Assembly: GCA_918797485.1 (NCBI GenBank)
Contig: CAKKNE010000002.1
Location: forward strand, 4,030,001-4,094,000
Reading direction: 5' to 3'
Source of the DNA: Pelagomonas calceolata
Taxonomy: Eukaryota
Length of the DNA stretch: 64,000 nucleotides
Shown here: in pieces, positions 29,380-39,894 of the stretch
How positions within the stretch are numbered: position 1 is the stretch's first letter
Layout: each line of letters begins with the position of its first letter
Position numbers and translations under genes: made by a program
Notes under the pieces: generated by a model
The model's database searches: none
What the model was told of the DNA's origin: nothing
The model's input: only the letters and a program-made list of their open reading frames with translations

Positions 29380-31098
29380 ATGGAGTTCTCGCACGTCGGC
29401 GACGTCCTGCACCCGTCGCCGGATGACGTCGAGGCAGCAGTAAGGGCCGCAGGCACGAACACGGGAGAAGAAGTTTTAGAAGCCGCGAGACGGAAGAAGA
29501 TGAGTTTCGTCCGGAGGCAATTAGCGCCGGAGGCATCTCGAAGAGTCGACGCGGCCCTCAGCGAGGAGTTCATCGGCGCGCCGGGGTGGCGGGTAGAAGT
29601 CGTCCAGGCGAGGCAGGTCTGCGGCGGGCCGTTGTGGTGCGTGTCGTCCGGAGGCAAGGGTCTCGTTGCTTGTGGTGGTTCTGATGGTGTCGTGCGAGTA
29701 GCGACCCTAGGAACGTTTGAGCGTGCCGAAAGGTGGCGACTCAATCGGGATTCGGCGTTGTCTGATGTCCAACTGCTCGAGGGCCACGAAGGGGCGGTCT
29801 TCGACTGCGCGTTTTCGAGGCAGGAGGACAAGAAGAAGACCACTCTCGTAACAGTATCGGCGGACGCTACCGCAAGGTTGTGGACGGGCTGGGAGGGCGA
29901 CCCGAGACTCTCGCCGGGTTTGATCTTCGCCCACGGGCAGGGCGTCTGCTGCTGCGCTTGGTTAGGGGGCGAATCATTTGTGACCGGCGGCTTCGACCGA
30001 AACATCCGAGTGTGGCACATTCCCGACCGCAAGGCGACGGCCTGGGCCCACTTGAACGATGCGGTTACTGCTGTTGGTTGCAGAGCGTCGGACGGTCCTG
30101 GGGCTCCAGCAAGGTTAGGTGTCGGTACAAGAGGCGGCCAGGTCTTCGTCTACAAGTCACGAGATCATACCCATGTAGAATGCGACGAGATGGTGCTGGG
30201 GACCATGCGTGCGGGAGCCTTCAACGAAGCGGAACGATGCGGTGCTGCGGGCATTCGGGCCCAATCCAATGCTCTGCAGGGCATCGTGGCCGGTTCGGCC
30301 AAGCCCAAGAAAAAAGGTGGAGGGGGCTTCTTCTCCAAATTGTTCAAGCCCCGGAAGAAGACCGCTGATTTGCAAGCCGAGTCCGAGGCGCGCGCGGCGG
30401 AATTCCTATCAGGTACCGACGAGGACACGAAAGTGGAAGAGCAGAGTACTGATGACGAAGGCGACGATAGTTCTGAAGATGGCGATCTACAGGAAATAGA
30501 ACAGACCGACAAGGTCGCTTCTATTGAGTCCGTGAAGTATAGAGCTTCCTCGATCTCATTTCCCAGAGAGGACGGGTTATTGTGCTGCGCGAACAACGGC
30601 GAGCCCGCTCTCTACGATGCGATGAACCCCCAGAAGGACGCTCAAACCACTTTTCGGGGAGGTGTTAGATCTGTGGTGGGCTGCGGCGTGTCTGCGGACG
30701 AGACGGGCACGTTCTGCGTCGGAGGCTCGGAGACGGGCCAAATCTTAGCGTGGCGGCTGCCTGATGTTGGGACGTCGAAGCCCGAAGCGCTGCCCTTGGA
30801 AATCGACGTGAAGGCACGGAACGCTCGGATTGCAGCGGTTACTGCCGTTGCTTTTGTGCCTGCTGAGAGCGCGTCCGCTACCTTAGATGCAAAAGTACTG
30901 AAGGCGACCTACGACAATACTGGAGCGTGTTTGATCGTCGCGACGGACTACTCTGGAAGGTTACTCGTCGCTCAGCGCGAGCCGGGCGACGCGCACGCCG
31001 AAGGTGTCGATACTTTACCGACGCCGCCGCCGTCGGCCACGAAGACGAAGAAGAAGCGCCCGTCCCTGCCGGGCCAGGCCTACGTCGAGGAGGAGTAA
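29380..31098 (+). CDS. WD40-repeat protein (WDR44-like)
   Basis: GHEGAVFDCAFS, SADATARLW and FVTGGFDRNIRVW motifs. Confidence 0.75.
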   Translation: MEFSHVGDVLHPSPDDVEAAVRAAGTNTGEEVLEAARRKKMSFVRRQLAPEASRRVDAALSEEFIGAPGWRVEVVQARQVCGGPLWCVSSGGKGLVACGGSDGVVRVATLGTFERAERWRLNRDSALSDVQLLEGHEGAVFDCAFSRQEDKKKTTLVTVSADATARLWTGWEGDPRLSPGLIFAHGQGVCCCAWLGGESFVTGGFDRNIRVWHIPDRKATAWAHLNDAVTAVGCRASDGPGAPARLGVGTRGGQVFVYKSRDHTHVECDEMVLGTMRAGAFNEAERCGAAGIRAQSNALQGIVAGSAKPKKKGGGGFFSKLFKPRKKTADLQAESEARAAEFLSGTDEDTKVEEQSTDDEGDDSSEDGDLQEIEQTDKVASIESVKYRASSISFPREDGLLCCANNGEPALYDAMNPQKDAQTTFRGGVRSVVGCGVSADETGTFCVGGSETGQILAWRLPDVGTSKPEALPLEIDVKARNARIAAVTAVAFVPAESASATLDAKVLKATYDNTGACLIVATDYSGRLLVAQREPGDAHAEGVDTLPTPPPSATKTKKKRPSLPGQAYVEEE

Positions 31099-31271
31099 GT
31101 CGGCCATTTCTTGCATTAACGCGGCGGCGGAATCGCGGATATCGCTGACAGCTAGAATAAAACGGGTTTTACACGGCTCTAAATTAATTTAAATTTGACC
31201 CGCGCCGCCCGCCACGCCCGCCGCCGCGACTGAGATCGACAGGAAACCAACGCCTGACACACGACTCAAGC

Positions 31272-31742
31272 ATGAGCACCGCGGAGCCCATCAATGAGGC
31301 CCAAAATTTGAGTTCCATGCCCGAAGACGTGCTCCGCGCCGTGCTCGCGCGCGCGCGATTCGACGACCAGGCCGCGCTCAAACGCGTCTGCAAGCGGTTT
31401 CTCGCCGTCATCTCGAGCCGTTCGTTTCGCGAGGAGCGCCGCGCGAGCGGGTGCCTCGAGCATACGGTCCTCGTGATGAAATACGAGACGTTTTGGTGGG
31501 AGTGGAAGCACATCTGCTGGCTCTTGCGCCAGCCGGCCAAGGATTCCAAAACTGGGAACCGTGCGTGGCGGCCGGAGAATAGCGATGGGTCCTGGACCAC
31601 GCTGGTCGCCATGAAGACTTTTCAATACTCGATTCCGATCTTTGCCTTCGACGGCGAGGGCGCCGTCGCGCGGTTCTCGTTCGGGGGCCTACCGTGCGAC
31701 GGGCCAGGCGGCATGGTGTGGGCCGTCGCGACGCTCGGATAG
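31272..31742 (+). CDS. Short F-box protein (possibly truncated)
   Basis: LSSMPEDVLRAVLAR...LKRVCKRF...ISSRSFREER F-box; only 156 aa. Confidence 0.55.
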   Translation: MSTAEPINEAQNLSSMPEDVLRAVLARARFDDQAALKRVCKRFLAVISSRSFREERRASGCLEHTVLVMKYETFWWEWKHICWLLRQPAKDSKTGNRAWRPENSDGSWTTLVAMKTFQYSIPIFAFDGEGAVARFSFGGLPCDGPGGMVWAVATLG

Positions 31743-31794
31743 GACCCCACCCCCCCAACGACTAAGAGCCCTCTCCTTACCCGGGAAACCCGCC

Positions 31795-34098
31795 TCAGGA
31801 CTCCACGGCGAGCTTCATGAGGTGCTCCATGAACACCTTGAGGCTGACATCGTCGGTGGGGATGACCTGGCCTGCGTGGACGTCGGTCGAGTTGTGCGTC
31901 ACCGAGGGATTCAACTTGCAGATGAGGAAGCGCGCCTCGGACTTGTGCTGGTCGGCGATGATGTAGCGCGGCACGGGGAAGCGCGCGTCCATGATCGCGT
32001 TCGCGTCTTCTAGGGGCTGATGTAATAAAGTTCGGAAATGCACGTGTTCATCACTGTCCTGGTACCGTTGATCCCTCCACGCAGCAATTGTCTCGCCATG
32101 AAACACAATCACGTAGAAGAACGTATCTAGGAGTAGTATGACGTCCGGTCTCACACTACTGGCATCGAGCATGGCTGGAGTAGGAGGAGCCTGGAAGCCA
32201 TAGGACACAAGTGTAGGCTGGATCATCACCAACGAGTTGGTCGTGTTTTCTCTGACTAACACCATTCTGTAGTAAGAAGCCTCATCGGGCGAGGAATTAA
32301 ATAATTGGAGGAACTGCGACCTTCGCAAGTTAAACACGAATTGCGGATAGACCGAGAACTCGTGCGGCAGTCTAAATGAGGAAGGATCGTCCTTTCGATA
32401 GTCCGCGAACTTCGCGCACAACCTGATGAGCGACCGGTCGACCCACCGCAGGATATCAGCGACCTCCTCAGTCTCGGTTCTATGGACCGCCACTCTAGCC
32501 ATCAACACCGCGGCGGCCTCCTGGTCGAAGGAGCGAGCGACCGGTGAGGCATCCGAGGGATCGGGCTGCCACGCTCCACAGAGTGTGGTACACCTCAACC
32601 TTTGTTTACCAGACGCGTGTTGATAGCTCGTAAGGAATTGCGCATATCTCCTCTTATGAGCGGGCACCGGCGTAGTAGACGCATTAGTAACTTCAAAGTA
32701 CACCGCAATAGTCGTCGAGGGGTCGATCCCACCAATAGACCACTGGTTTGTGCCGCCCTGCCCTATTTCCGTCTCGGAGACGTAATTGGTCTTGATCTTG
32801 TTGTTCTTGAGAGCAGCGCACGGGCCGATGGCGCCGGCCACCTTGAATTCACGAGAAGTGAGCACCTCTAGTGAAGCGGCGAAGCCCATGACCAGGTGCC
32901 CGGCGTTCGGCCCGGGCTGGTCGTCGGCGTGCCTCCGGAAGACCCTCCTCAGACTTTCTTTGAAGACCGACTGCGTGAAGGAATCACCCAAGATGGCGAC
33001 GCCTCCTGTTCTATCAACGCAGCTCCGCATTTCATGCAGGCCGACCTGATCCAGCGAACAAGCAAAACAATCGACGACGTGGGCATTGGAGGCGGCCCGT
33101 TCCGCTAGTTTAGCATAAAACTCCTGCGCTTTCTTCACGTGCGGCGCGTTGCCCTTCACCAGGTCCTGGTGGCTGCGCATGTCCTCGCTTCTTGCTTTAT
33201 CCACGACCATACCTGGTCCCACGGTACTGGGACCGCCGACGAAGAGCATGACTCTACTACCTTGTCTCGGCGCTGCGGCTTCTAGTAAGCCCACAGCGAC
33301 AGCTAAGGCGGCCCCGGTGCACCGCGCGGCTCGTTGGTCCGCCGCGGCCGGCCACGGGTCCCTACCTAAGTCTTCCAGGACAGACTCGACCGTAAAGGAG
33401 CAGTCCCCGACCGTCATCAGGAAAGACCCGATCGCCGCCGCCCTTCCACCTTGTTGTTGTTGCTGCTGTTGGGGCCTATTGCCAGGCGCGATATTCAATA
33501 ATTCTTGGACCCTTTGGGCACTGTAGTCCTTCGACCCTTTGAAGGCTATGGCCTTGTGGCACTCGCCAAACCCAATTTCGTGGACGAGGACGTGGGCGCC
33601 GAAGGTGATTAAACCAACAAGGGCGTCCTCCGGTAACAAGTTCAGAGTTTGCTGGATGGAGTCCTTGAGGGACTCGAGTTCGCTTTCCGGGAGACACGTG
33701 TCGACCACAAATAAGAATACTGGAGGGCCTACCGAACGCTGTTGGAGTTCGTACTCCACAGTGGTAAACTGGGGGATGAGCTCCGCCGGTAAATTTGTTT
33801 CCGTGATGTTCTCCGCGTAGTGCGGCGGGAAATGATTCCTTCCGAGACAAAAGGGGCACGTCCAGAGTTTGGTTCTGAAGTCGAGCTGGCAGTAGGGGTT
33901 GAGGAGAGCTCCACAACCATTACATCGGATCGGATCGTAGACGAGAGGTGGGGGGTTGCCGATGGGTTTCAAAGGAGTGTAGAGCGCGCCGATCGGGACG
34001 ACGATGCGCGTCGCTTCTAGTCTGGACGAGGGCCAGACGTTCCAGCTCAGGCGCACGCCGTCGCGCTCCTCCTGCGCTTGGATGCTACTCATGTCCAT
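31795..34098 (-). CDS. SEC23: COPII coat subunit Sec23
   Basis: [17 protein letters not shown], zinc finger, [12 protein letters not shown] and C-terminal [18 protein letters not shown]. Confidence 0.98.
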   Translation of the reverse strand: MDMSSIQAQEERDGVRLSWNVWPSSRLEATRIVVPIGALYTPLKPIGNPPPLVYDPIRCNGCGALLNPYCQLDFRTKLWTCPFCLGRNHFPPHYAENITETNLPAELIPQFTTVEYELQQRSVGPPVFLFVVDTCLPESELESLKDSIQQTLNLLPEDALVGLITFGAHVLVHEIGFGECHKAIAFKGSKDYSAQRVQELLNIAPGNRPQQQQQQQGGRAAAIGSFLMTVGDCSFTVESVLEDLGRDPWPAAADQRAARCTGAALAVAVGLLEAAAPRQGSRVMLFVGGPSTVGPGMVVDKARSEDMRSHQDLVKGNAPHVKKAQEFYAKLAERAASNAHVVDCFACSLDQVGLHEMRSCVDRTGGVAILGDSFTQSVFKESLRRVFRRHADDQPGPNAGHLVMGFAASLEVLTSREFKVAGAIGPCAALKNNKIKTNYVSETEIGQGGTNQWSIGGIDPSTTIAVYFEVTNASTTPVPAHKRRYAQFLTSYQHASGKQRLRCTTLCGAWQPDPSDASPVARSFDQEAAAVLMARVAVHRTETEEVADILRWVDRSLIRLCAKFADYRKDDPSSFRLPHEFSVYPQFVFNLRRSQFLQLFNSSPDEASYYRMVLVRENTTNSLVMIQPTLVSYGFQAPPTPAMLDASSVRPDVILLLDTFFYVIVFHGETIAAWRDQRYQDSDEHVHFRTLLHQPLEDANAIMDARFPVPRYIIADQHKSEARFLICKLNPSVTHNSTDVHAGQVIPTDDVSLKVFMEHLMKLAVES

Positions 34099-34361
34099 GA
34101 TGCCTCGCCGCGCCGCCGCGCTGCGCGTTTGCTAGGCCTTGGTGTGTCGACAGCCGCGCGGTTTCGTGCGCAGCGCTGCTCAGCTTTTGTAGCTCTTCAG
34201 CGATGCAGCAATTTTACAGACAGCGCACGTACGCTGCTGCACGCCCGGCTGAGACGCGTGGGGCTTTTGGCTGGCCGACTCGAAAAATCGAGCGAGGCAG
34301 CCCCTATCTCCGAGGTATAAGGTACTTAAGTACTTACTGATACCTCACCTGGCGGCCGGGC

Positions 34362-34500
34362 TCACGCCAGCCGCGCCGTGAAGATGCCCACCGGCATGGG
34401 GTCCTTGGTGGTCGCGACGGCCTCGGGCGCACCGCTCGCGGCCTCGAGCGGCGCCCACGTGATCGCCTCGAAGCCCGCGGCCTCGATCCACAAAACGCCC
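34362..34500 (-). pseudogene. Orphan coding-like fragment (WIEAAGFEAITWAPLE...; resembles a methyltransferase C-terminus)
   Basis: High-GC3 codons ending in TGA at 34362; no upstream ATG; lies in frame downstream of the TAG of the 34548 gene. Confidence 0.35.
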
Positions 34501-34547
34501 CCACCGGGTCCCGAAGATAACAACGAAGATAAGTTAAAACACGATAG

Positions 34548-37500
34548 CTAGAAGATGTCGTACACGAGAAGATACGGCAGCATGGCCCCCTTGCCGTCCG
34601 ACGGCTCCGCCCGGGCCTTCACGTCCTCCCAGCCGCCTAGTTGATGGACGGAGCCGCGGTCGTGCCACTCCCAGCCCTTGTTCCAGTCCCTGCCTTTCCG
34701 CACGAAGGACGTGTAGTGGTTGCCCCGGAACATGATGAGGGCCACGAGGTCGCGCTTCCCGGCCTTTTTAGCCTTGTCGTCGAAGCACTTCGCCGCGTCG
34801 CGCACGCCGCCCATGAGAGCTAAGTCCATGACGCTCAAGACGTCACCCCGCGAACGATCGATGCCGGTCCACGTGATGCCCAGGATTAGTGTGGAAGCGC
34901 ACCTTGATAACGTTTGCGAAACAGCACAAGCCTTCGGCGCGTGGCACGCGTCACAAGATTTAGCAGTATGGGCGTGTGCAAGTAAGTACACGGGCGCTAG
35001 ATGGGCCCCTCGCTTGTAGGCGACGCGGGCCTGCTTGAGCTTCGTGGCCGGGGCTGAACGCGCATATTCTAAGACTTGCTCGTCGACGGCATCACTATTA
35101 GATTTGCCGCATTTGGAACAGGGCGCCTGCGTGATGCGGCCTACACTTGTAAGAGTAGAGGCGGCGCTTTTGGTGGAAGCGTCCGCTGTCAACGCCTCGA
35201 CTAATTCGCCGAGCACCTCGGCCACATCCAAGTGAGCGCCGCCCGTCGCGAGCTCCTGTCGTATGTCCGGGTCGCCTCCCTCCCTCTCGGCTAGCGCAGC
35301 TCGTAAATCGTCGATGGCCTGGTCGTACTGGCGCTTCTTCGTCGTCCTTCTCAACAATGCATTGCCGCTCTGGTCTAGGGGCGGGAGCGCGTCCAAAGCT
35401 CTACGCAAAGCCTTCGGCGCGGCGTCTTTCGCGTCAGCACTATCGAAGGCGCGCCGGAAGGACTTCGCGGACCGCAGCGCCGTCGCGAGGGCCTCGAGCG
35501 CGCAGTTCGCGCGGGGCTTCACGTCCTTCAAGTTGCGGGGGATGCCCTCGTCGACGGCGCCCCAGCCCTGCCGCTTGGGCGGCGGCGGCGCCGCCGACGG
35601 CAGCGGCCCCAGCGCCAAGCTTTGTGGGGGCGGCGAGCCCGGTGGCAAATTCGCGTCGACGGCGCCCCAGCCGCGCGGCGGAGTAGGCGGCGGCGGCGCG
35701 GCGGGCGGCGCCACGACTGGCGACGCCGGTGGCGACGTCGGCGCTGATGGTGGCGCGGCCGGCGCGGCCGGCGGAGGTGACGGCGGCGGCGACCGCGGTG
35801 CGGGTGGTGGCGACGGCGGTGGCGCAGAAGTAGCCGGCAGGACCGCCGACGGCAGCTTCGAGTCGACGGCGCCCCAGCCGCGCGGCGCGGGCGCTGGCGC
35901 GGGGGCAGGCGGTGATGGCGGCGTGGCAGGCGGCGCAACCGGCGGCGACCGCGGCGGCAACCGGACTGGCGGCGACCGCGGCGGCGACCGGACCGGCGGC
36001 GACGGCGGCGCGGGAGGTGGGAGGTGCGCGTCGACGGCGCCCCAGCCGCGGGGCACGGGCGGCGGGCGCGCCGGCGTCCACGGCGGCGACGCCGGCGGTT
36101 TTGGGGCGGTCTCCGCGTCCTCGATGGCCTGGAGCGCGCGCGCTAGCTCCGCGTCGTTCGCGAGGCGGGCCTCCTCCGCGGCTCGGCGCGCCGCGGCGGC
36201 GGCGGTCTCCTCCTCGAGGCGCCGCGCCTCGGCCGCCTCGGCCGCCTGCCGCTCGCGCTCGGCCTCGGCGGCCAGGCGCCGCCGCTCCGCGGCGGCCCGC
36301 TCGGCCTCGGCCTCGGCCGAGGCGCGCGACGCCGCGAGCGCCCGCTCCAGCTCGGCGGCCTCCTCGGACGGCCGCGCCGGTCGCGCGAACGCGGCCGCGG
36401 GCTCCGGCGCCGGATCGGGCGGTGGCGGCGCCGGCGCCCGCGCGGGCCGCGCCGCGGGCGCCGGCGCCGGCGCCGGCGGCTGCGCGGGTCTCTGCTTCTC
36501 GAGCTCGTGCGTCACGAGCGTGGACACGTAGGTGAAGGGGATGTCGACCTTGCTGTTGCTCTTCCGCACCCGCTTCGCCACGACCCGCTGCGTCGCTCCA
36601 TCCAAACACCGCAGCTGGTCCACGGTCGCGCCGGTCACGCCGCGCGCCGCGAGCGCCGCGGCGAGCTCCTCCTCCAGGTCGTAGTCGCGCGGCGGCTGCG
36701 CGAGCTGCTCCTTGATCAGCCGGCGCAGGACGTGGCGCGGCGCGTCCTTGTGCGCCAGGATCTGGCGCTGCCGCTCCGCGCCCAAGCCCGCGAGGGCCGC
36801 CGTCTCCTCTGCATCAAGTTCGACGTCGCGCGCGAGGGCGCCAATGCGCCGCGCCTCGGCGCTCGCCGCCGGCCGCTTCTCCCGCTTCTTCTTCGCGGGT
36901 ACGGCGGCCCAGCCGTCCTCCGCGGGCGCCTCCGCGGGCGCCTCGACGATCGGAGGCGGCGGCAGCTCCCTGGAAGCAACCTCGGGCTCGGGCGAGCGCG
37001 CGTCGAAGAACCGCTCGCCGTCCGACGACGACGACGACGACGAGGACTCGTCGTCGCTGTCGGCCGGCGGCGCCGCGCCTCGCTCGGGGATCTCGGGCGC
37101 CGCCGCGCGCGCCGCCGCCGCCCGCAGCGCGGCGGCCTTCTTTCGCTCCTTCTGGCGCTTCTTCTTCGCGGCCTTGGCGCCGAGCTTCTTCTCCTTCGGC
37201 TGCGCGGCGTCGCCGCGCGGCGTCGACGCGGGCGTGCCGTAGACGGTCGCCGGCGTCGTCGGCGTCGCCTCGTCGTCGCTCCACGACGTCGACGGCGCGG
37301 CGGGCTTCGGCGCCTTGGGCGGCGAGGGCCGCGCGTCGCGCAGTCTCGGCGCGACGCGGAACCGCGCCAGCAGGGCGCGGAGGCCCGCCGGCGGGTCCCG
37401 CACGATCAGATTCGAATACACGGCGCCGGGCTCGTACTTCCTCAATAAGAGTTTGCGCTGGGCCCCCGCCCGCTTCGAAGCCCGGTCGCCCCGCAGCTTC

Positions 37501-39434
37501 GCCGCGAGGTCGCGAAGCATCTGGCCGGACACGTAGGCGTCGCTTTCGCCCTTGGACTCCGCCCGGTCCGCGAGAGCTTCGCAATGCCGCCTAAAGTCTT
37601 TGGCCTCGTCCGGCCGCACGAGGTCCCACAGCAGCAGCAGATCGGAGATGGTCTCGCGCAGCCGCGACCGCTGCTCGAGGTCGAGGCACGACTCGTCGAG
37701 CGGCGCCTCCAGTAGATCGAAGGGCAGGGCCAAAAGCAAGTTCAAGGAAACACGCCTCTCTGTCCGCTCGCCCAGTAGGACCGCCTGTCTTCCCCGCGTG
37801 GCGGCGGCCTGACACAACACGCTCAGACAGAACGCGGCGACGTGCGGCTGGCCGCGCGTGCGCGATTCCCGATTGGGCATCGCGAGCTGCCGCCGCACGT
37901 TCTCGACGACTTCCAGCGCCTTGCGGGCCACGGTCGTTTCGTCGCCGTCGCCCTGGATGCTCGCCTGTAATTTCTGCAGCTCCGGCACCCGCCGGAGCGT
38001 GAGGAACGAGGCCACCCCCAACCGGCTCGCGAAAATCTCGGCTTGTTTCCGCGCAGCGCCGTCGACGCCCAGCACACACGTAAAGATCGGCGCGTTGGCC
38101 GCCCTGAAGTAGCTTTCGATTTCCATGACGCAGTCGATGGCGCGCGCCGCGTCGGCGCGGTCGAGCCGGCCCGCCGCCTCGAACAGACCCAGCGCGTGCA
38201 GAAATTCCAGACACGTGTGCGCGGTCGCGAGAGTTTGACCCGCGTTAATATCGTCCTTGCGCGCCTTGTAGAGGCGGCTGCGCACCTCGAGCGCGCGCCA
38301 GGTTGATTTGGGGGCGTACAGCTCCTCGCCGGCCTCGAGGCGCCGCATGCACGCCGCCGCCATCGCGGCCACCGCGAGGTAGGACCCGTTTTCTGGGTGG
38401 TCTTGGAACAGGTTGCCGGAAGTCTCTACGACGAGGCGCTCCGGGTGAGCCACCTCGAGCTCATCGCCTGGGACCATCTGAGCGGCCGGCGCGCCGTCGA
38501 CGGCGACGGCGACGTCGTCCATGTCCATGCTTTCTATCGCTTGCTGGACAACGGCGTCGCGGAGCTGCGGGGACATCATGCCGTGCAGCACAAGGGGCGC
38601 GGAGACGGTCCGCAGCGCCCACTCGGCCCACATGCGCGGCGTCCGCGGCACCGGCCACTCGCGCACGGCGATGGCCTCGATGCGGCCGCCCGCCCACGCG
38701 ATGTCGACGATCGTCGTCTTCAAGCCTCGCCGCGCGAGCTGGTCGTCCGCGCGGCGCACGAGCACGAGCGGCGGTATCCGCGCGCCTTGGAGGGCTTCGG
38801 CGGCCGGGACCGTGGGGTCGAGGTCAATCGAGATCCCGCACCAGGGCGCTTTGGCCTCCACGAGCTGGTGGGAGACCTCGGTGATGGCAACGTCGTCGTT
38901 GACGAGCGCCAGGCTCGCGCTCACGCCGCGCGCCCACTCCTCTCGGGGGCATTCGCACACCGCGGCTGCGGCGTCGCCGAGTGATCGGTCCCCCAACCGA
39001 TGGATGTTCAAAGCGCGCGACCCGACGTAGCCGCGTGCGTCGCCGACCACGAGGACCATGTCCGCTCGGGCGCCGCCGCCGGCCATGGCAATCAGCATTA
39101 CAGTGGCGTCGGGGGTCTCTCCGGGCGTGAGTAGGGTGTCCCCCGCGGTGAGCCGCTTTCCCACGTCGGGTCGGTGGAACTGGGCGTCGGGGAGGCGCAG
39201 GCCCTGGAGGATGTCCGGCAGGCCCAGATCGGTCTGAGTCTGCTGCCGGTTCCGGTTGATCAGCACCTCCTGCACCAGCTTTAGCACCGGCTTGCTCTGG
39301 AGCTCCTCACGAAGTATGTTCACTCTGAACGCGTGCTGGGCGACCCCCTCCTGGTCGGCCACCTGAAAGAGGACGCCGACCTCGCCCGGCTCGGCCGGCT
39401 TGCCCGGCGAGTCCGGCTTGTCCGGCGGCGGCAT
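34548..39434 (-). CDS. Large protein with C-terminal USP/peptidase C19-like domain, UIM-like and FFAT-like motifs, Pro-rich GWGAVD repeats and an N-terminal Ubl-like domain
   Basis: Cys box RANCALEAL, DVAEVL, two CxxC pairs, His box FRGNHYTSFVR...WEWHD and PYLLVYD end; ELERALAASR and DAELARALQ; ERFFDA. Confidence 0.7.
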   Translation of the reverse strand: MPPPDKPDSPGKPAEPGEVGVLFQVADQEGVAQHAFRVNILREELQSKPVLKLVQEVLINRNRQQTQTDLGLPDILQGLRLPDAQFHRPDVGKRLTAGDTLLTPGETPDATVMLIAMAGGGARADMVLVVGDARGYVGSRALNIHRLGDRSLGDAAAAVCECPREEWARGVSASLALVNDDVAITEVSHQLVEAKAPWCGISIDLDPTVPAAEALQGARIPPLVLVRRADDQLARRGLKTTIVDIAWAGGRIEAIAVREWPVPRTPRMWAEWALRTVSAPLVLHGMMSPQLRDAVVQQAIESMDMDDVAVAVDGAPAAQMVPGDELEVAHPERLVVETSGNLFQDHPENGSYLAVAAMAAACMRRLEAGEELYAPKSTWRALEVRSRLYKARKDDINAGQTLATAHTCLEFLHALGLFEAAGRLDRADAARAIDCVMEIESYFRAANAPIFTCVLGVDGAARKQAEIFASRLGVASFLTLRRVPELQKLQASIQGDGDETTVARKALEVVENVRRQLAMPNRESRTRGQPHVAAFCLSVLCQAAATRGRQAVLLGERTERRVSLNLLLALPFDLLEAPLDESCLDLEQRSRLRETISDLLLLWDLVRPDEAKDFRRHCEALADRAESKGESDAYVSGQMLRDLAAKLRGDRASKRAGAQRKLLLRKYEPGAVYSNLIVRDPPAGLRALLARFRVAPRLRDARPSPPKAPKPAAPSTSWSDDEATPTTPATVYGTPASTPRGDAAQPKEKKLGAKAAKKKRQKERKKAAALRAAAARAAAPEIPERGAAPPADSDDESSSSSSSSDGERFFDARSPEPEVASRELPPPPIVEAPAEAPAEDGWAAVPAKKKREKRPAASAEARRIGALARDVELDAEETAALAGLGAERQRQILAHKDAPRHVLRRLIKEQLAQPPRDYDLEEELAAALAARGVTGATVDQLRCLDGATQRVVAKRVRKSNSKVDIPFTYVSTLVTHELEKQRPAQPPAPAPAPAARPARAPAPPPPDPAPEPAAAFARPARPSEEAAELERALAASRASAEAEAERAAAERRRLAAEAERERQAAEAAEARRLEEETAAAAARRAAEEARLANDAELARALQAIEDAETAPKPPASPPWTPARPPPVPRGWGAVDAHLPPPAPPSPPVRSPPRSPPVRLPPRSPPVAPPATPPSPPAPAPAPAPRGWGAVDSKLPSAVLPATSAPPPSPPPAPRSPPPSPPPAAPAAPPSAPTSPPASPVVAPPAAPPPPTPPRGWGAVDANLPPGSPPPQSLALGPLPSAAPPPPKRQGWGAVDEGIPRNLKDVKPRANCALEALATALRSAKSFRRAFDSADAKDAAPKALRRALDALPPLDQSGNALLRRTTKKRQYDQAIDDLRAALAEREGGDPDIRQELATGGAHLDVAEVLGELVEALTADASTKSAASTLTSVGRITQAPCSKCGKSNSDAVDEQVLEYARSAPATKLKQARVAYKRGAHLAPVYLLAHAHTAKSCDACHAPKACAVSQTLSRCASTLILGITWTGIDRSRGDVLSVMDLALMGGVRDAAKCFDDKAKKAGKRDLVALIMFRGNHYTSFVRKGRDWNKGWEWHDRGSVHQLGGWEDVKARAEPSDGKGAMLPYLLVYDIF

Positions 39435-39682
39435 CGGTTTCGCGTGTCAGTTTCGTGCAGCGCGGCGTATAGAGTGATCTCTAATCGTTCGTGCCGCGCC
39501 TTGCGCTGGCTGCTACAGCGATTGCAGCCCTCTTTGTGGTGCGCAGTGCTCGCAGCGTTGGCGGCCCAACGGCTCGCCTGATGCAGCGCAGTGAGTGCAG
39601 TAGTGCGTAACCGCTCGTAATAAGCGCACGCAGACGGCGCTCGCAGGCTTGCTTAGCTGAAAAGAGAGGCGGGCGAGTTAGG

Positions 39683-39704
39683 CTAGCGACCAGTAAGACA
39701 CTAG
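39683..39704 (-). promoter_or_regulatory. CTAG-TGTCTTAC-CTAG element (USP-like / VPS29 divergent region)
   Basis: CTAGCGACCAGTAAGACACTAG. Confidence 0.7.
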
Positions 39705-39894
39705 CCGGCGCTTTTTCTCCGCGCGGGCCAAACTCTGCGGTTTGGAGCAGAGCAGCTCTCGACCCAAAGGACTGCACCTCTAATCACGCGCGTCCATCCT
39801 TGCCAGCGCGCAGCGCAGCGCGCATCGCATTTGTGGTGCTCCCAGCACAGCTCTCTCAGTCCGGTCACTCCAGTGATCGCGCAGCGGAGCAGCC

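Noticed and set aside
34330..34355. TACTTAC / ATACCTCACCTGG resembling the U1 snRNA 5' end
   Set aside because: No U1 stem-loops or Sm site recognisable downstream.
35263..37584. Many long overlapping ORFs on both strands
   Set aside because: Shadow ORFs expected in extremely GC-rich, low-complexity sequence inside the 34548-39434 gene; no domain signatures.
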